Assembly (NCBI GenBank): GCA_965217895.1
Contig: CBDCJV010000002.1
Span: 4,096,001-4,160,000, forward strand
Direction of reading: 5' to 3'
Length of the DNA stretch: 64,000 nucleotides
Source: Waterburya sp.
GTDB taxonomy: Bacteria > Cyanobacteriota > Cyanobacteriia > Cyanobacteriales > Xenococcaceae
This document shows positions 49,426-58,796 of this stretch, piece after piece. The translations under genes and the position numbers were made by a program. The notes beneath the pieces were generated by a model, which worked only from the letters and a program-made list of their open reading frames with translations, made no database searches and had not been told where the DNA came from. The first letter of the stretch is position 1. Every line of letters begins with the position of its first letter.

Positions 49426-51651
49426 CTAAACTATTTCACTGCCATTTAGCCGACGAATTGCTACAACTCCAGGTAAAGGTGGTTGATTGGCTTTGCTACT
49501 GGGCCAATTTGAACCAAGAGGTACTTGGCGTTGTTGTTTAAAAGCTGTCCCGTCTGTAGCTAATAGTTCAAAATCTCTTGCTTCTGCTGCCATATCTTGA
49601 CGCATACCGTTATTTTCCCCTGGATGCTGGATCGAAAGAAATAAACTGCTGTTATCGTTATTAAAAGTTATTCCAGTACATTCGCACTCCATAGGACCGA
49701 GTGCAAAAGGATAAGACTTTCCTGCATTCTCCCCTGATAAAGGAATATACCACATGGAGTTATTCCCAAATGCTCCAGTTAGGTCTTTACCAGTTAATTT
49801 TGCTCCATCTTTTACTCTCGTGGGAATTGCTTCATTCTGAACACTAGTAGACATATCAGTCACAACCCAAAGATTACCCTTTTTATCTAAGGTCAAGTTA
49901 TCAGGATTAGAGAAACCAGCACCACCGTTGGCAACTTCGCCGCCTGTAGCCAGCATACTCCAGGTAAAGCTGAGAGAAGCAGGATCGCTTTGGTCTTCTT
50001 GCAGCCTCATGATCCAGCCATATTCGTAATCTGTTTCACCGTTGAGACCGACAAAAACCGCTTTATCAGGACCTCCTTCGTCATCAGCAGAGCCAGAGGT
50101 AAAAGCAATAAATAAAGTGCCGTTGTTGTCAATTTCGGTGTCTTCAGGGCGAGCTGTGCAGGTGACTCCTGCTGCTGATGCTGCAAAGTGAGCATCAATT
50201 AAAATTGCTCCTTGGGTTTCTTCGGGACTATTACCCTGATATAAATCTCCCAAAGTTTTAAATTGAGATAAGGGCTGCAATTGTTCCTCTGATGATACCT
50301 CCATTATTCCGCCTGCGGTGCGATCGCTGTTGGGCATCATCACCAATCCACCGACAACCTGATTAGGAGATACGGGATTAACCTCAGTATCAGCATTGAG
50401 AGGAATCCATTCCCCTACTCCATCGGCAGAGAATTTTGCCCCATAAAGCATTCCCGCTTCAAAAAGACGAGAGTTGTTTTTATCTTGGGGATCTTGGATT
50501 TTTGACTGGCTGATAAATTTATATAAATGTCCGCCACGGCGATCGCATCCTGAATATACCGCTAAGTTTTTCCCTGCCACAGCGCGAACACCAAAGGCTT
50601 CATGGCGATAACGTCCTAGCCAAGTGTGTTTTGTGCCGTAATCATCTGGATTGGCAGGATCTAGTTCCACCATCCAGCCATACTTATTCCCCGCCAAACC
50701 AAATACATTAGCTCTACCGTCCAAGTCGTCGTCGGTAATTAAAAATGGCTTTTCACTAGGGTTTAAGGATGAACCATCTGCCATAACTGGCTCTGGTACT
50801 TGATCTTGAAAGTTTTCTTCCGCGCTTAAGACTGTTCCCCAAGGAGTTGTTCCCCCTGCACAGTTTTGAAATGTACCAATAATGCGATCGCCCAAGTTAT
50901 CCTCATAACCAAGTTTATTCGGCTTAGTAAATATCGCCACCGCAGCCCCTGTAGCTTTTAGAGCCTGATCGGGGTTATCTAAGCCAGAAATACCTGTTAC
51001 TCGGCGATCTGCTGTGGAGTAAGTTCTCTCCCACTTGCCATCAGCATTACGTTTGACAGAAATGACTCCCAATCCCTGATCGATTAAGCCTTCTCTAGAA
51101 ACCTCTTGGATTTTTGCTTTTAAATCATTATCTTCAAGACTAAAAGCGTCTATTTCTCCTTCAGTAGCTTCAGCCATAGCAATTAATTCAGCAAAAGGAA
51201 GCTGTTTGCCAATCACCAATGGATAGGTTTGCATCCATGTCCCGCCGCTGATATATTCAAAATTAACTGCCAAATAGCCTTCATTGGGTGCAGTCTCAAT
51301 CAAAGACAGATAATCATTGTTGTAGCCAAAACGAGAATCCCCCACGCGATCGCCCCAAGCAGCAATTAAATCATAAGTAAAACCTTCAGGTAGAACCAAA
51401 TCATCTGCAACTTCATAGCTTTGATATGTTTCTAGCTGTTGAGCAATAGGAAATATATCTGTGTTTAAAGGAAGAGGAACTTTGACGGGTTGAAAGTTCA
51501 GGCTCGTTGTCGTTGTTCCAAATTTAGCATTAGTTTCAGCCATAACTGAGGAACTATTAGGCATAATCTTTTTCTGAGACCATGAACCTGTAGCGAGCGA
51601 TCCAGCAGCAGCACCAAAAAAAAGCAGAAAATGACGGCGATTTACGTTCAT
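49426..51651 (-). CDS. phoX: PhoX alkaline phosphatase with Tat signal
   Basis: NRRHFL Tat motif, FGYNNDY, NCAGGTTPWGT.LSAEEN, GRYRHE, RPED, NPDN, SIQHPGE. Confidence 0.92.
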   Translation of the reverse strand: MNVNRRHFLLFFGAAAGSLATGSWSQKKIMPNSSSVMAETNAKFGTTTTSLNFQPVKVPLPLNTDIFPIAQQLETYQSYEVADDLVLPEGFTYDLIAAWGDRVGDSRFGYNNDYLSLIETAPNEGYLAVNFEYISGGTWMQTYPLVIGKQLPFAELIAMAEATEGEIDAFSLEDNDLKAKIQEVSREGLIDQGLGVISVKRNADGKWERTYSTADRRVTGISGLDNPDQALKATGAAVAIFTKPNKLGYEDNLGDRIIGTFQNCAGGTTPWGTVLSAEENFQDQVPEPVMADGSSLNPSEKPFLITDDDLDGRANVFGLAGNKYGWMVELDPANPDDYGTKHTWLGRYRHEAFGVRAVAGKNLAVYSGCDRRGGHLYKFISQSKIQDPQDKNNSRLFEAGMLYGAKFSADGVGEWIPLNADTEVNPVSPNQVVGGLVMMPNSDRTAGGIMEVSSEEQLQPLSQFKTLGDLYQGNSPEETQGAILIDAHFAASAAGVTCTARPEDTEIDNNGTLFIAFTSGSADDEGGPDKAVFVGLNGETDYEYGWIMRLQEDQSDPASLSFTWSMLATGGEVANGGAGFSNPDNLTLDKKGNLWVVTDMSTSVQNEAIPTRVKDGAKLTGKDLTGAFGNNSMWYIPLSGENAGKSYPFALGPMECECTGITFNNDNSSLFLSIQHPGENNGMRQDMAAEARDFELLATDGTAFKQQRQVPLGSNWPSSKANQPPLPGVVAIRRLNGSEIV

Positions 51652-51690
51652 ATTGATTGTATTCGGGAAATAAAATAAAATAATGTTTTG

Positions 51691-51831
51691 AGCGTGGGGG
51701 ATGCTGGTGTTTCGCAACTCTTATCCAACCACGCTGTTGAGCGTGAGATAGGGCGAGGAGACCTCTTCCTGTCTTGTCAACCCCTTAAAGGATGCTAGTG
51801 TTTTGCCAGCTAATCCAATCGGGCTGTTGAG
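51691..51831 (-). promoter_or_regulatory. Tandem structured motif in the phoX 5' region (riboswitch-like candidate)
   Basis: Two ~43-nt related units (51699-51741, 51790-51831), each with a GGAT/ATCC stem inside a different outer stem. Confidence 0.45.
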
Positions 51832-51979
51832 AAATTATTATTCTTAAGTTAAACTCCGAGTGTTAACAACTTATTAACTTTTAGTTTCTATTCGATAATT
51901 TTTTTATTTGTAATCAGACAATTCCCAATGTCATATCTGCTCAAAAGCTTATTTAGAGCAGCTATTTACGTAATATCTT

Positions 51980-52666
51980 ATGGTTTTTTGGCAAGAATGG
52001 CTTTTTCATACAAATAACTGGCTTAGTTCTCTTGGTTACTTAGCTTATCCTGCATTTGTTGGTATATATCTATTGGCAACCTTAGTCGGATTGCCTGCAA
52101 TTTTTCTTTTTTTAGCTGCTGGTAGTTTATTTGGCTTTATTCCTGGATTTGTTATGGTGTCGTTTGCCGATACCCTTAGCGTTGCTACTTGTTATCTACT
52201 AGGCAGGACTGTCGCTCGTAAAACAGTTAGTAAATGGCTAAATAAGCGCCCACACTGGGGAAAATTTGACCGCGCAGTTGCAGAGAAAGGATGGAAAATA
52301 GTATTTTTAACTCGTCTTTCACCAATTGTTCCGTCCAACGTCCTCAACTATGGCTTTAGCTTAACTAAAATCAATTTTTGGCTATATCTGTTTGTATCTT
52401 GGCTGGGTATGCTGCCTGTGATCGCCCTATACGTTTATTTGGCTTCTGTCGGCATTAATTTACTTTCAGGTAACAACGACGATCCAAAACAAATTGTGGC
52501 TTCAGTTATTGGCTTGGTTACAGCTTTGATGGCGATCGCCTACACTACAAAATTAGTCCACGGCACTTTATTCGATAAATCTCAAGAACAAGTTCAATCA
52601 AAATCACCTAGACAGCCACAACCTCAAAAAACCCAAAATATAGATAGAGAAGAAGCTAGACGCTGA
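51980..52666 (+). CDS. TVP38/TMEM64 (DedA/SNARE-associated) membrane protein
   Basis: LAAGSLFG, GWKIVFLTRLSPIVP.NVLNY. Confidence 0.9.
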   Translation: MVFWQEWLFHTNNWLSSLGYLAYPAFVGIYLLATLVGLPAIFLFLAAGSLFGFIPGFVMVSFADTLSVATCYLLGRTVARKTVSKWLNKRPHWGKFDRAVAEKGWKIVFLTRLSPIVPSNVLNYGFSLTKINFWLYLFVSWLGMLPVIALYVYLASVGINLLSGNNDDPKQIVASVIGLVTALMAIAYTTKLVHGTLFDKSQEQVQSKSPRQPQPQKTQNIDREEARR

Positions 52667-52957
52667 ATTAAGGGATGAGGGATGAGGAAAAAGGAACTGT
52701 TAATTGTTTGAATCCCTAGCAGCTAATTTGATATATTTAAAATGAGCATATTGCCGATAAGCTTCTACAGATAGTGATGCAACTTCGCCAAACTCTTGAG
52801 TTATGGCATTTCTAATAATCAGATCCATAATAAATTAATTAGTTTTTATTGTTCTATGACAAGTCGCTTCACTGCCCTAACTGTTGTTACTTGTTTTAAT
52901 TAATATTAAACTTACAATTACAGTAGTACCAAATAGCAAATTAGAATCAATTAAGGA

Positions 52958-53494
52958 GTGAGCTTTATGGCTTATCAAGCAACTCTCAACGGTACTCAAC
53001 GAATAATAATCGCCAATCAGGGTAGGCAAACTCAAATTACTCTTGTGGCTAGTAGTCCAGGACAACAACAGAGTCAGAGTAGTAGCTTTACTACAGGAAC
53101 GTGGGTTAATCCACCGCAGTTATTTAACACCGCCCAAGGCTTCATTTTGCAAATTAACGCCGAGCAAGGTAAGCATTTTATTCAGATTCAAGCTAACGGT
53201 ATTAGCACCATCGAAGGCATCCCATCCCTACAAAACGCCACCTCCATTGAACTAGAAACCTTTGGGGATCTTCTTGGTCAAGCCGATATAAAGTTTGAGC
53301 CAATGCAGCCAATGAAAATGGGCAATATGTCTATGGATATTAATTCCATGTCTATGCAAATGGGTGATATGTCTCTCAATCTGGGGAATAGAGCAAAAAC
53401 TACCGTCTCTAAGACTTTTTGTTCTCAGTGTGGCACAGAAGCTAGAAAGGGCGATCGCTTTTGTCGTAGCTGTGGTCATAACTTGAGCCAGTGA
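52958..53494 (+). CDS. Zinc-ribbon domain protein with Met-rich segment
   Basis: C-terminal FCSQCG....DRFCRSCGH; PMQPMKMGNMSM; start may be ATG 52967. Confidence 0.8.
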   Translation: MSFMAYQATLNGTQRIIIANQGRQTQITLVASSPGQQQSQSSSFTTGTWVNPPQLFNTAQGFILQINAEQGKHFIQIQANGISTIEGIPSLQNATSIELETFGDLLGQADIKFEPMQPMKMGNMSMDINSMSMQMGDMSLNLGNRAKTTVSKTFCSQCGTEARKGDRFCRSCGHNLSQ

Positions 53495-53575
53495 ACAGTT
53501 TTAAGGCAGAAATGTTTAGCAATTTTATTTCTTAACTACCCAGATAGTTAAAAGTTATCTGCTATATCTTTTTAT

Positions 53576-54703
53576 TCACCCTATTCCTGGGATAAACTTC
53601 AATTTTTGAGTGGCTTTGTCAGCAATTTGAGAATAGCTTAATTCGCCACAGAGAATCTTACCCATAAGTTGACCAGCAGCAGGACGTTTAACCCCTAGCT
53701 TATAGGCAATCTTAGGAGCTTTATAAAACAAATTAGCTAAGAAGTCTGCTTTGGCTAAATTTGCTCCCCATTCCTGGTTAATTGTTTCTGTATAGTTGGC
53801 TAAAGCATTAGCATCACCTTGAAGCGCATTGCTAACTGCTGCTGCTGCTTGGACTCCTGTAAACATTGCAGGACGAATACCTTCGCCTATGAGCGGATCG
53901 ACCATTCCTGCTGCTTCGCCTACGAGTAAAGCACGATCGCTGTGTAAAGACCGATCTTTCTGCCATAAGTTTAGAGAGTGTTCTTTGTATTCTCCCTGAC
54001 TAGCATCTAAATCAAACAGTTGAGCATATTTAGTTAGCTGTTTTTTTAGTTCGTCTGGCTTACCTTGAGGATTACGCACATAAGCAGCACTAATTGAATA
54101 ACCATCGGCTTTAGGGAAGCACCACATAAAGCCGTTTTTTAGCGAACCAAAATCAAAAAATGCCGTCATTTTACGGCGATCGCTAACTGATCCAGAAACT
54201 TGTAAACTAGCTGCTGCTATCTTCTGAGTATCAGCAAAACCAAGTAATTTTGCCACAGTACTATTAGCACCATCAGCGGCGATTAAATATTTGCTTTCAA
54301 ATACACCATTATTAGTTTCAACTTGCCATGTATCTCCCTGCAAAATAACTCCTGTTACTTCTGTATCAGCTTTAAACTCAACTCCTTGACCTATGGCTTG
54401 CTCCATCAAAAAGTTATCAAAGCGATCCCTTTGTACCATCCACATTGGAGTAACGTTTTTTAGCTCAACCTCAGCAGGATCGCTCATCTTAAAAGTATAT
54501 TTGACCTGAGAAACATGATTTTGGACTACAGGAGCAAAGTCAAAATCAAACCATTGAGCGATCGCAGGAGATACGCCACCACCGCAAGACTTGGTGCGGG
54601 GAAAAGAAAGTTTTTCTAGCACTAAAACTGAATGTCTCTTAGCTAGATGATAAGCAGCACTAGCTCCAGCAGGGCCAGCACCCACAATAATACAGTCAAA
54701 CAT
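53576..54703 (-). CDS. Geranylgeranyl reductase family flavoprotein
   Basis: IVGAGPAG, K.CGGG, IAADGANS, GEAAG.VDP..GEGIRPA. Confidence 0.88.
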   Translation of the reverse strand: MFDCIIVGAGPAGASAAYHLAKRHSVLVLEKLSFPRTKSCGGGVSPAIAQWFDFDFAPVVQNHVSQVKYTFKMSDPAEVELKNVTPMWMVQRDRFDNFLMEQAIGQGVEFKADTEVTGVILQGDTWQVETNNGVFESKYLIAADGANSTVAKLLGFADTQKIAAASLQVSGSVSDRRKMTAFFDFGSLKNGFMWCFPKADGYSISAAYVRNPQGKPDELKKQLTKYAQLFDLDASQGEYKEHSLNLWQKDRSLHSDRALLVGEAAGMVDPLIGEGIRPAMFTGVQAAAAVSNALQGDANALANYTETINQEWGANLAKADFLANLFYKAPKIAYKLGVKRPAAGQLMGKILCGELSYSQIADKATQKLKFIPGIG

Positions 54704-54853
54704 ACAAAACTACCTTGTTATCTAAAAATATTGTTTTAAAACCTTTAATACCTTAAAGGAAGGAAAACAAATACGCAACAAAGAAGTTATCAGTTAAGTA
54801 GACAGAAATAAATTAAACAAGATCGCTAATTTACACCATAAGTCTCCCAAGAA

Positions 54854-55216
54854 TTAATGAGTTTCGAGATAACTCAATAGCCAATTAGCTGTGGTTGCTC
54901 TACGGGTTTCTCTAGGACCAAATTCCCCCAGCTTGTAACCTTTAAAACCTAACTTTTCTTTGAGTAGCTGCTTATTTTCTTGGGGAATTGAACGAGTTAG
55001 CTTTACCGTTGGTGGTCGATTAGTAATAAAATCTGGTGGTTCGGGATATTTTTCGCCCCAATCATCTACGACTTGACTAATATCCCAAGCTTGTTTTGTT
55101 TCATCATAAATGTAGCCTAAGCAACTCCAAACTAGCCGATTGACCACTTCGTCGCTGATTTTATCTTGAAGGATTGCCCAAATTGTATCCGTATTTATGG
55201 TTGGTAAGTTTGACAT
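54854..55216 (-). CDS. DUF1823 family protein
   Basis: YPEPPDFI..RP.TVKLTRSIP.ENKQLLKE.LGFKGY. Confidence 0.85.
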   Translation of the reverse strand: MSNLPTINTDTIWAILQDKISDEVVNRLVWSCLGYIYDETKQAWDISQVVDDWGEKYPEPPDFITNRPPTVKLTRSIPQENKQLLKEKLGFKGYKLGEFGPRETRRATTANWLLSYLETH

Positions 55217-55269
55217 GAATTAAAATAAGGTCTAATTGTTCAATTTACATATTTATATTATTAAAGTTT

Positions 55270-55428
55270 ATGAAATATATTTGCTCGGCTTGTAATTACG
55301 AATACGATCCAGAAATAGGCGATCCAGATAGTGATATTGAGCCTGGAACAGCCTTTGAGGATATACCAGAAGATTGGGTATGCCCAGTTTGCGGGGTAGC
55401 TAAATCAGACTTTGAACCAGCTAAATAA
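55270..55428 (+). CDS. Rubredoxin (52 aa, below the ORF-track cutoff)
   Basis: [52 protein letters not shown]; two CxxC motifs. Confidence 0.95.
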   Translation: MKYICSACNYEYDPEIGDPDSDIEPGTAFEDIPEDWVCPVCGVAKSDFEPAK

Positions 55429-55586
55429 CGTTAATCTTAGACCAACAGTTAAAACAGTTCTACAGTTAGTAGTGCAACAACTTCGTTAAGCCTGGCAAAC
55501 GCATTTTCATCATTTTCGATAACATAAATAAGATTAGTCAAAAAGTTTTTTGCTAATCGCTCCATAAAGTATGAGGATTTAGAAAA

Positions 55587-56369
55587 TTGGACGCAAATAT
55601 CCGACTATATGCTTATTTATGCCTTGCTTTAATCACTGGTATAACTGCCTTGCATAGTCTTTCCCGTCTAGGTAAATTAGGTAAAGATATTGCTGATTTT
55701 TGCTGTCATGCTCCAGGTATTGATTTAATATTGGCGTATTTTATGCTGCTGCCAATAGCTATTGGCTCTTTAGTATTAGGTTGGACTGGTGCAGGAGTTG
55801 CTTTTATAGCTGAATTGAGTGTTTTATGGGCTTGGATTATTGCTCACGAATTTGCTCATCGAGATGTAAAGCAAAAAGGTCAGATTTTTCGTACTTTGAG
55901 CAGCATTGTGGGCAGATGGCGCAATCATCTGGCGGTTTGGATTACTGCTTTAGCAATCCCCGTATTTTGGATTGTTCGTTTTGCAGAATTAATTGTTTAT
56001 CCTCCTTTAACCAAGCTGATTGGCTTGCCAAAATATGAAGCTAAAGAGTGGGTTAATGTCTCTCGACACAAGTTTGAGGGCTTAATTGGCTATGATTTGA
56101 TTTGGTGTTTATATTGCGATTGGATGACTGGAGTGTGGTCTTTAGGCACAGAAATGCTGCGTAACGTCGAGTCATTTTGGTGTCCAATTCGCTTTTATGA
56201 CAACAAAAAATGTGCCAATTGCCAAATAGATTTTCCTGATATTGACGGCGGTTGGGTTGCTGCTGATGGCACGATGGAAGATGTAGCTAAGGTGCTGCAA
56301 GAAAAATATGACGGCAAGAAAGACTCTAGCTGGTTTGGTCATCCCTGTCGTCAAAAAGATAAAGGATGA
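55587..56369 (+). CDS. Hypothetical membrane protein with Cys-rich C-terminus
   Basis: About 4 TM segments; WCLYCDW...FWCPI..KKCANC. Confidence 0.8.
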   Translation: MDANIRLYAYLCLALITGITALHSLSRLGKLGKDIADFCCHAPGIDLILAYFMLLPIAIGSLVLGWTGAGVAFIAELSVLWAWIIAHEFAHRDVKQKGQIFRTLSSIVGRWRNHLAVWITALAIPVFWIVRFAELIVYPPLTKLIGLPKYEAKEWVNVSRHKFEGLIGYDLIWCLYCDWMTGVWSLGTEMLRNVESFWCPIRFYDNKKCANCQIDFPDIDGGWVAADGTMEDVAKVLQEKYDGKKDSSWFGHPCRQKDKG

Positions 56370-56395
56370 GGAAAATTTGCTTAAAAAGCCTAGAA

Positions 56396-57190
56396 CTATT
56401 TCTTGCTCATAATCAATCCTCGTCTACCCGAAGAGCTTGATTGCTGTACGAAATTTTGTAGATGTCGAATATGTTTATTGTCTGATAGCCGATCTAGTTG
56501 CGCGATCGCCTCTGTTAGAGAAATAGGCTGAAGATACAAGATGCGAAAAGCTTTTTTTAGTTCGCGAACTTCGTTCTGGTCAAAGCCACGTCTTTTTAAT
56601 CCTGTTAGGTTAAGCGATCGCACCTTAGCAGGATTACCCTCAACCATCATGTAAGGAGGGACATCGCGACTAATACGGCTCATTCCTCCCACCATTGCCA
56701 TCGTACCGATATGAACGAACTGATGAATACCTAAAACACCGCTAATGATTGCCATTGATTCGATGTGAACATGACCTGCGATCGCTACACTGTTGGCAAT
56801 AACTGCTTCATTGCCAATTACGCAATTATGTCCTACATGACTATATGCCATCAGTAGGTTGTCATCGCCAATAACTGTCGCCTCCCCTTCATTCGTAGCG
56901 CGGTTGATGGTCACATACTCACGGATACGATTGCGATCGCCAATTGTTACCTGACTATTTGCGCCTTTGTATTTTAGATCTTGAGGTTCTAAGCCAATAG
57001 CTGCACCAGGAAAAATTTGATTATTTTTACCAATTGTGGTTAGTCCATCGATGATGGCATGACTACCCACCACTGTATTTGCACCAATAGTAACTTGGCT
57101 ACCAATTACCGCATAGGGGTCAACACGAACCGTTGGATGTATTTGAGCCTGGCCATCAATAACAGCAGTCGGATGAATTAAAGTTCTCAA
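56396..57190 (-). CDS. lpxA: UDP-N-acetylglucosamine acyltransferase
   Basis: IHPTAVID, PQDLKY, REYVTINRAT, hexapeptide repeats. Confidence 0.95.
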   Translation of the reverse strand: MRTLIHPTAVIDGQAQIHPTVRVDPYAVIGSQVTIGANTVVGSHAIIDGLTTIGKNNQIFPGAAIGLEPQDLKYKGANSQVTIGDRNRIREYVTINRATNEGEATVIGDDNLLMAYSHVGHNCVIGNEAVIANSVAIAGHVHIESMAIISGVLGIHQFVHIGTMAMVGGMSRISRDVPPYMMVEGNPAKVRSLNLTGLKRRGFDQNEVRELKKAFRILYLQPISLTEAIAQLDRLSDNKHIRHLQNFVQQSSSSGRRGLIMSKK

Positions 57191-57357
57191 GATCGATTCC
57201 CTCAGGGGCTATAGCTTGTCTTAGTTGGGCAAAATTTAAGTTGCCATATAGAAGCATAGAAGCAATAGACGTTCAACAACATAACTAAAATAACCTCTGG
57301 TTATTCGTTTGATGGTAATTATAGATATTTTTCTTTATTTTGACCTGAATACTTATT

Positions 57358-57843
57358 CTACTGGTCAATCAAAGAGAACATCATTTCTCCTTTAACTGCA
57401 AGCTCTCCATCCACTTCGGCTTTGCCCTGCATTTTGGCAATACGGTTTTGTTTTAAGGTTAAAAGTTCGACGGTCATGGTAAGGCGATCGCCAGGAACTA
57501 CGGGACGACGAAAACGCACCTTATCTATTCCAGCAAAAGCAAAGAACTTGCCAGTCATTCCTGGTAACTGCACTAGTACAATTCCTCCTACCTGTGCCAT
57601 TGCTTCTACCATTAACACTCCAGGCATTAGAGGAAAATCAGGAATATGCCCTGGAAAAAATGGCTCATTAAAGGTCACATTTTTGATGCCGATGGCCTTT
57701 TTTCCAGGTACATAGTCAATAATGCGGTCTACTAGGGAGAAAGGATAGCGATGGGGTAATAGCTGATGTATTTCTTGAATATTAAAAGTTGTTTTAATAT
57801 TTTGAGTAGCAGTTTGTAAAATAGAATTTTCTACAGTTGACAT
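57358..57843 (-). CDS. fabZ: 3-hydroxyacyl-ACP dehydratase
   Basis: [37 protein letters not shown]. Confidence 0.95.
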   Translation of the reverse strand: MSTVENSILQTATQNIKTTFNIQEIHQLLPHRYPFSLVDRIIDYVPGKKAIGIKNVTFNEPFFPGHIPDFPLMPGVLMVEAMAQVGGIVLVQLPGMTGKFFAFAGIDKVRFRRPVVPGDRLTMTVELLTLKQNRIAKMQGKAEVDGELAVKGEMMFSLIDQ

Positions 57844-57921
57844 TATGATGATTACTAATTGCTTTTTGTGGGCAATAGAAGTTTATTATATATGGCGCAC
57901 AAAATTATTTTTATTGCTCAC

Positions 57922-58752
57922 CTACAGGTGATTGCTGAGAGTAGACAATTTAGCTGCTAATTGAATATGTAGCTTGTGACTGGCCTTATAAGCAATCAAA
58001 TGAGCAGTGGGAAACTGACCCAACAAACTAATATCCCCTACTAAATCTAATAGTTTATGACGGGCTGGTTCATTGGTAAATCTCAGAGGTGGATTAATCC
58101 AGCCTGTATCGCTACAAACTAAGGCATTATCCAAACTTCCTCCTTGAATTAAGCCAGCCTTTTGCAACTGTTCTATTTGTTCGGCAAAACCAAAAGTACG
58201 AGCAGGAGCAATGTCATTAGCAAAACTTTCTTGAGCAGGATTCCAACTGTGCCACTGATTGCCGATCGCTTTGTAGGCAAAATCTATGCCACAGGTAAAA
58301 CGAGTTTGGGATGCGGGCAAAGCAGCCACAAAAGCATCTTGTTCTCTAATCCAGATTGGTTCTATGGGAGTGATAGAAGAGTGGGTAACAGAATTATCCG
58401 TAACTCCTATTTTGGCGATCGCTTCACACCAGTTTTTAGCCGAACCATCTAATAGAGGAACTTCTTCGCCATCTATTTCAATGCGAGCATCATCCACACC
58501 ATTTGCTATCAAAGAAGCTAATAAATGTTCTACCGTTCTTACTGTGGCATTTTCTGCTGCTAATTCTGTAGACAAGGTAGTTTGTCCTACTGCATCAACT
58601 TGAGCAGGAATTATCGGTTTTTCGGGCAAATCTATTCGCACAAAATAACGCCCCTCTCCAGGTTTGGCAGGTAAAACTTTTACAGTAGTATCTACCCCAA
58701 AGTGCAATCCCACCCCTGATAATTCAAATTTTTGCTTTACCGTATTGCCCAT
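57922..58752 (-). CDS. lpxC: UDP-3-O-acyl-GlcNAc deacetylase
   Basis: [37 protein letters not shown]. Confidence 0.95.
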   Translation of the reverse strand: MGNTVKQKFELSGVGLHFGVDTTVKVLPAKPGEGRYFVRIDLPEKPIIPAQVDAVGQTTLSTELAAENATVRTVEHLLASLIANGVDDARIEIDGEEVPLLDGSAKNWCEAIAKIGVTDNSVTHSSITPIEPIWIREQDAFVAALPASQTRFTCGIDFAYKAIGNQWHSWNPAQESFANDIAPARTFGFAEQIEQLQKAGLIQGGSLDNALVCSDTGWINPPLRFTNEPARHKLLDLVGDISLLGQFPTAHLIAYKASHKLHIQLAAKLSTLSNHL

Positions 58753-58796
58753 CTCAATTATTAATTGATAAATGTTTAATGTTTAATGGTCGATGA

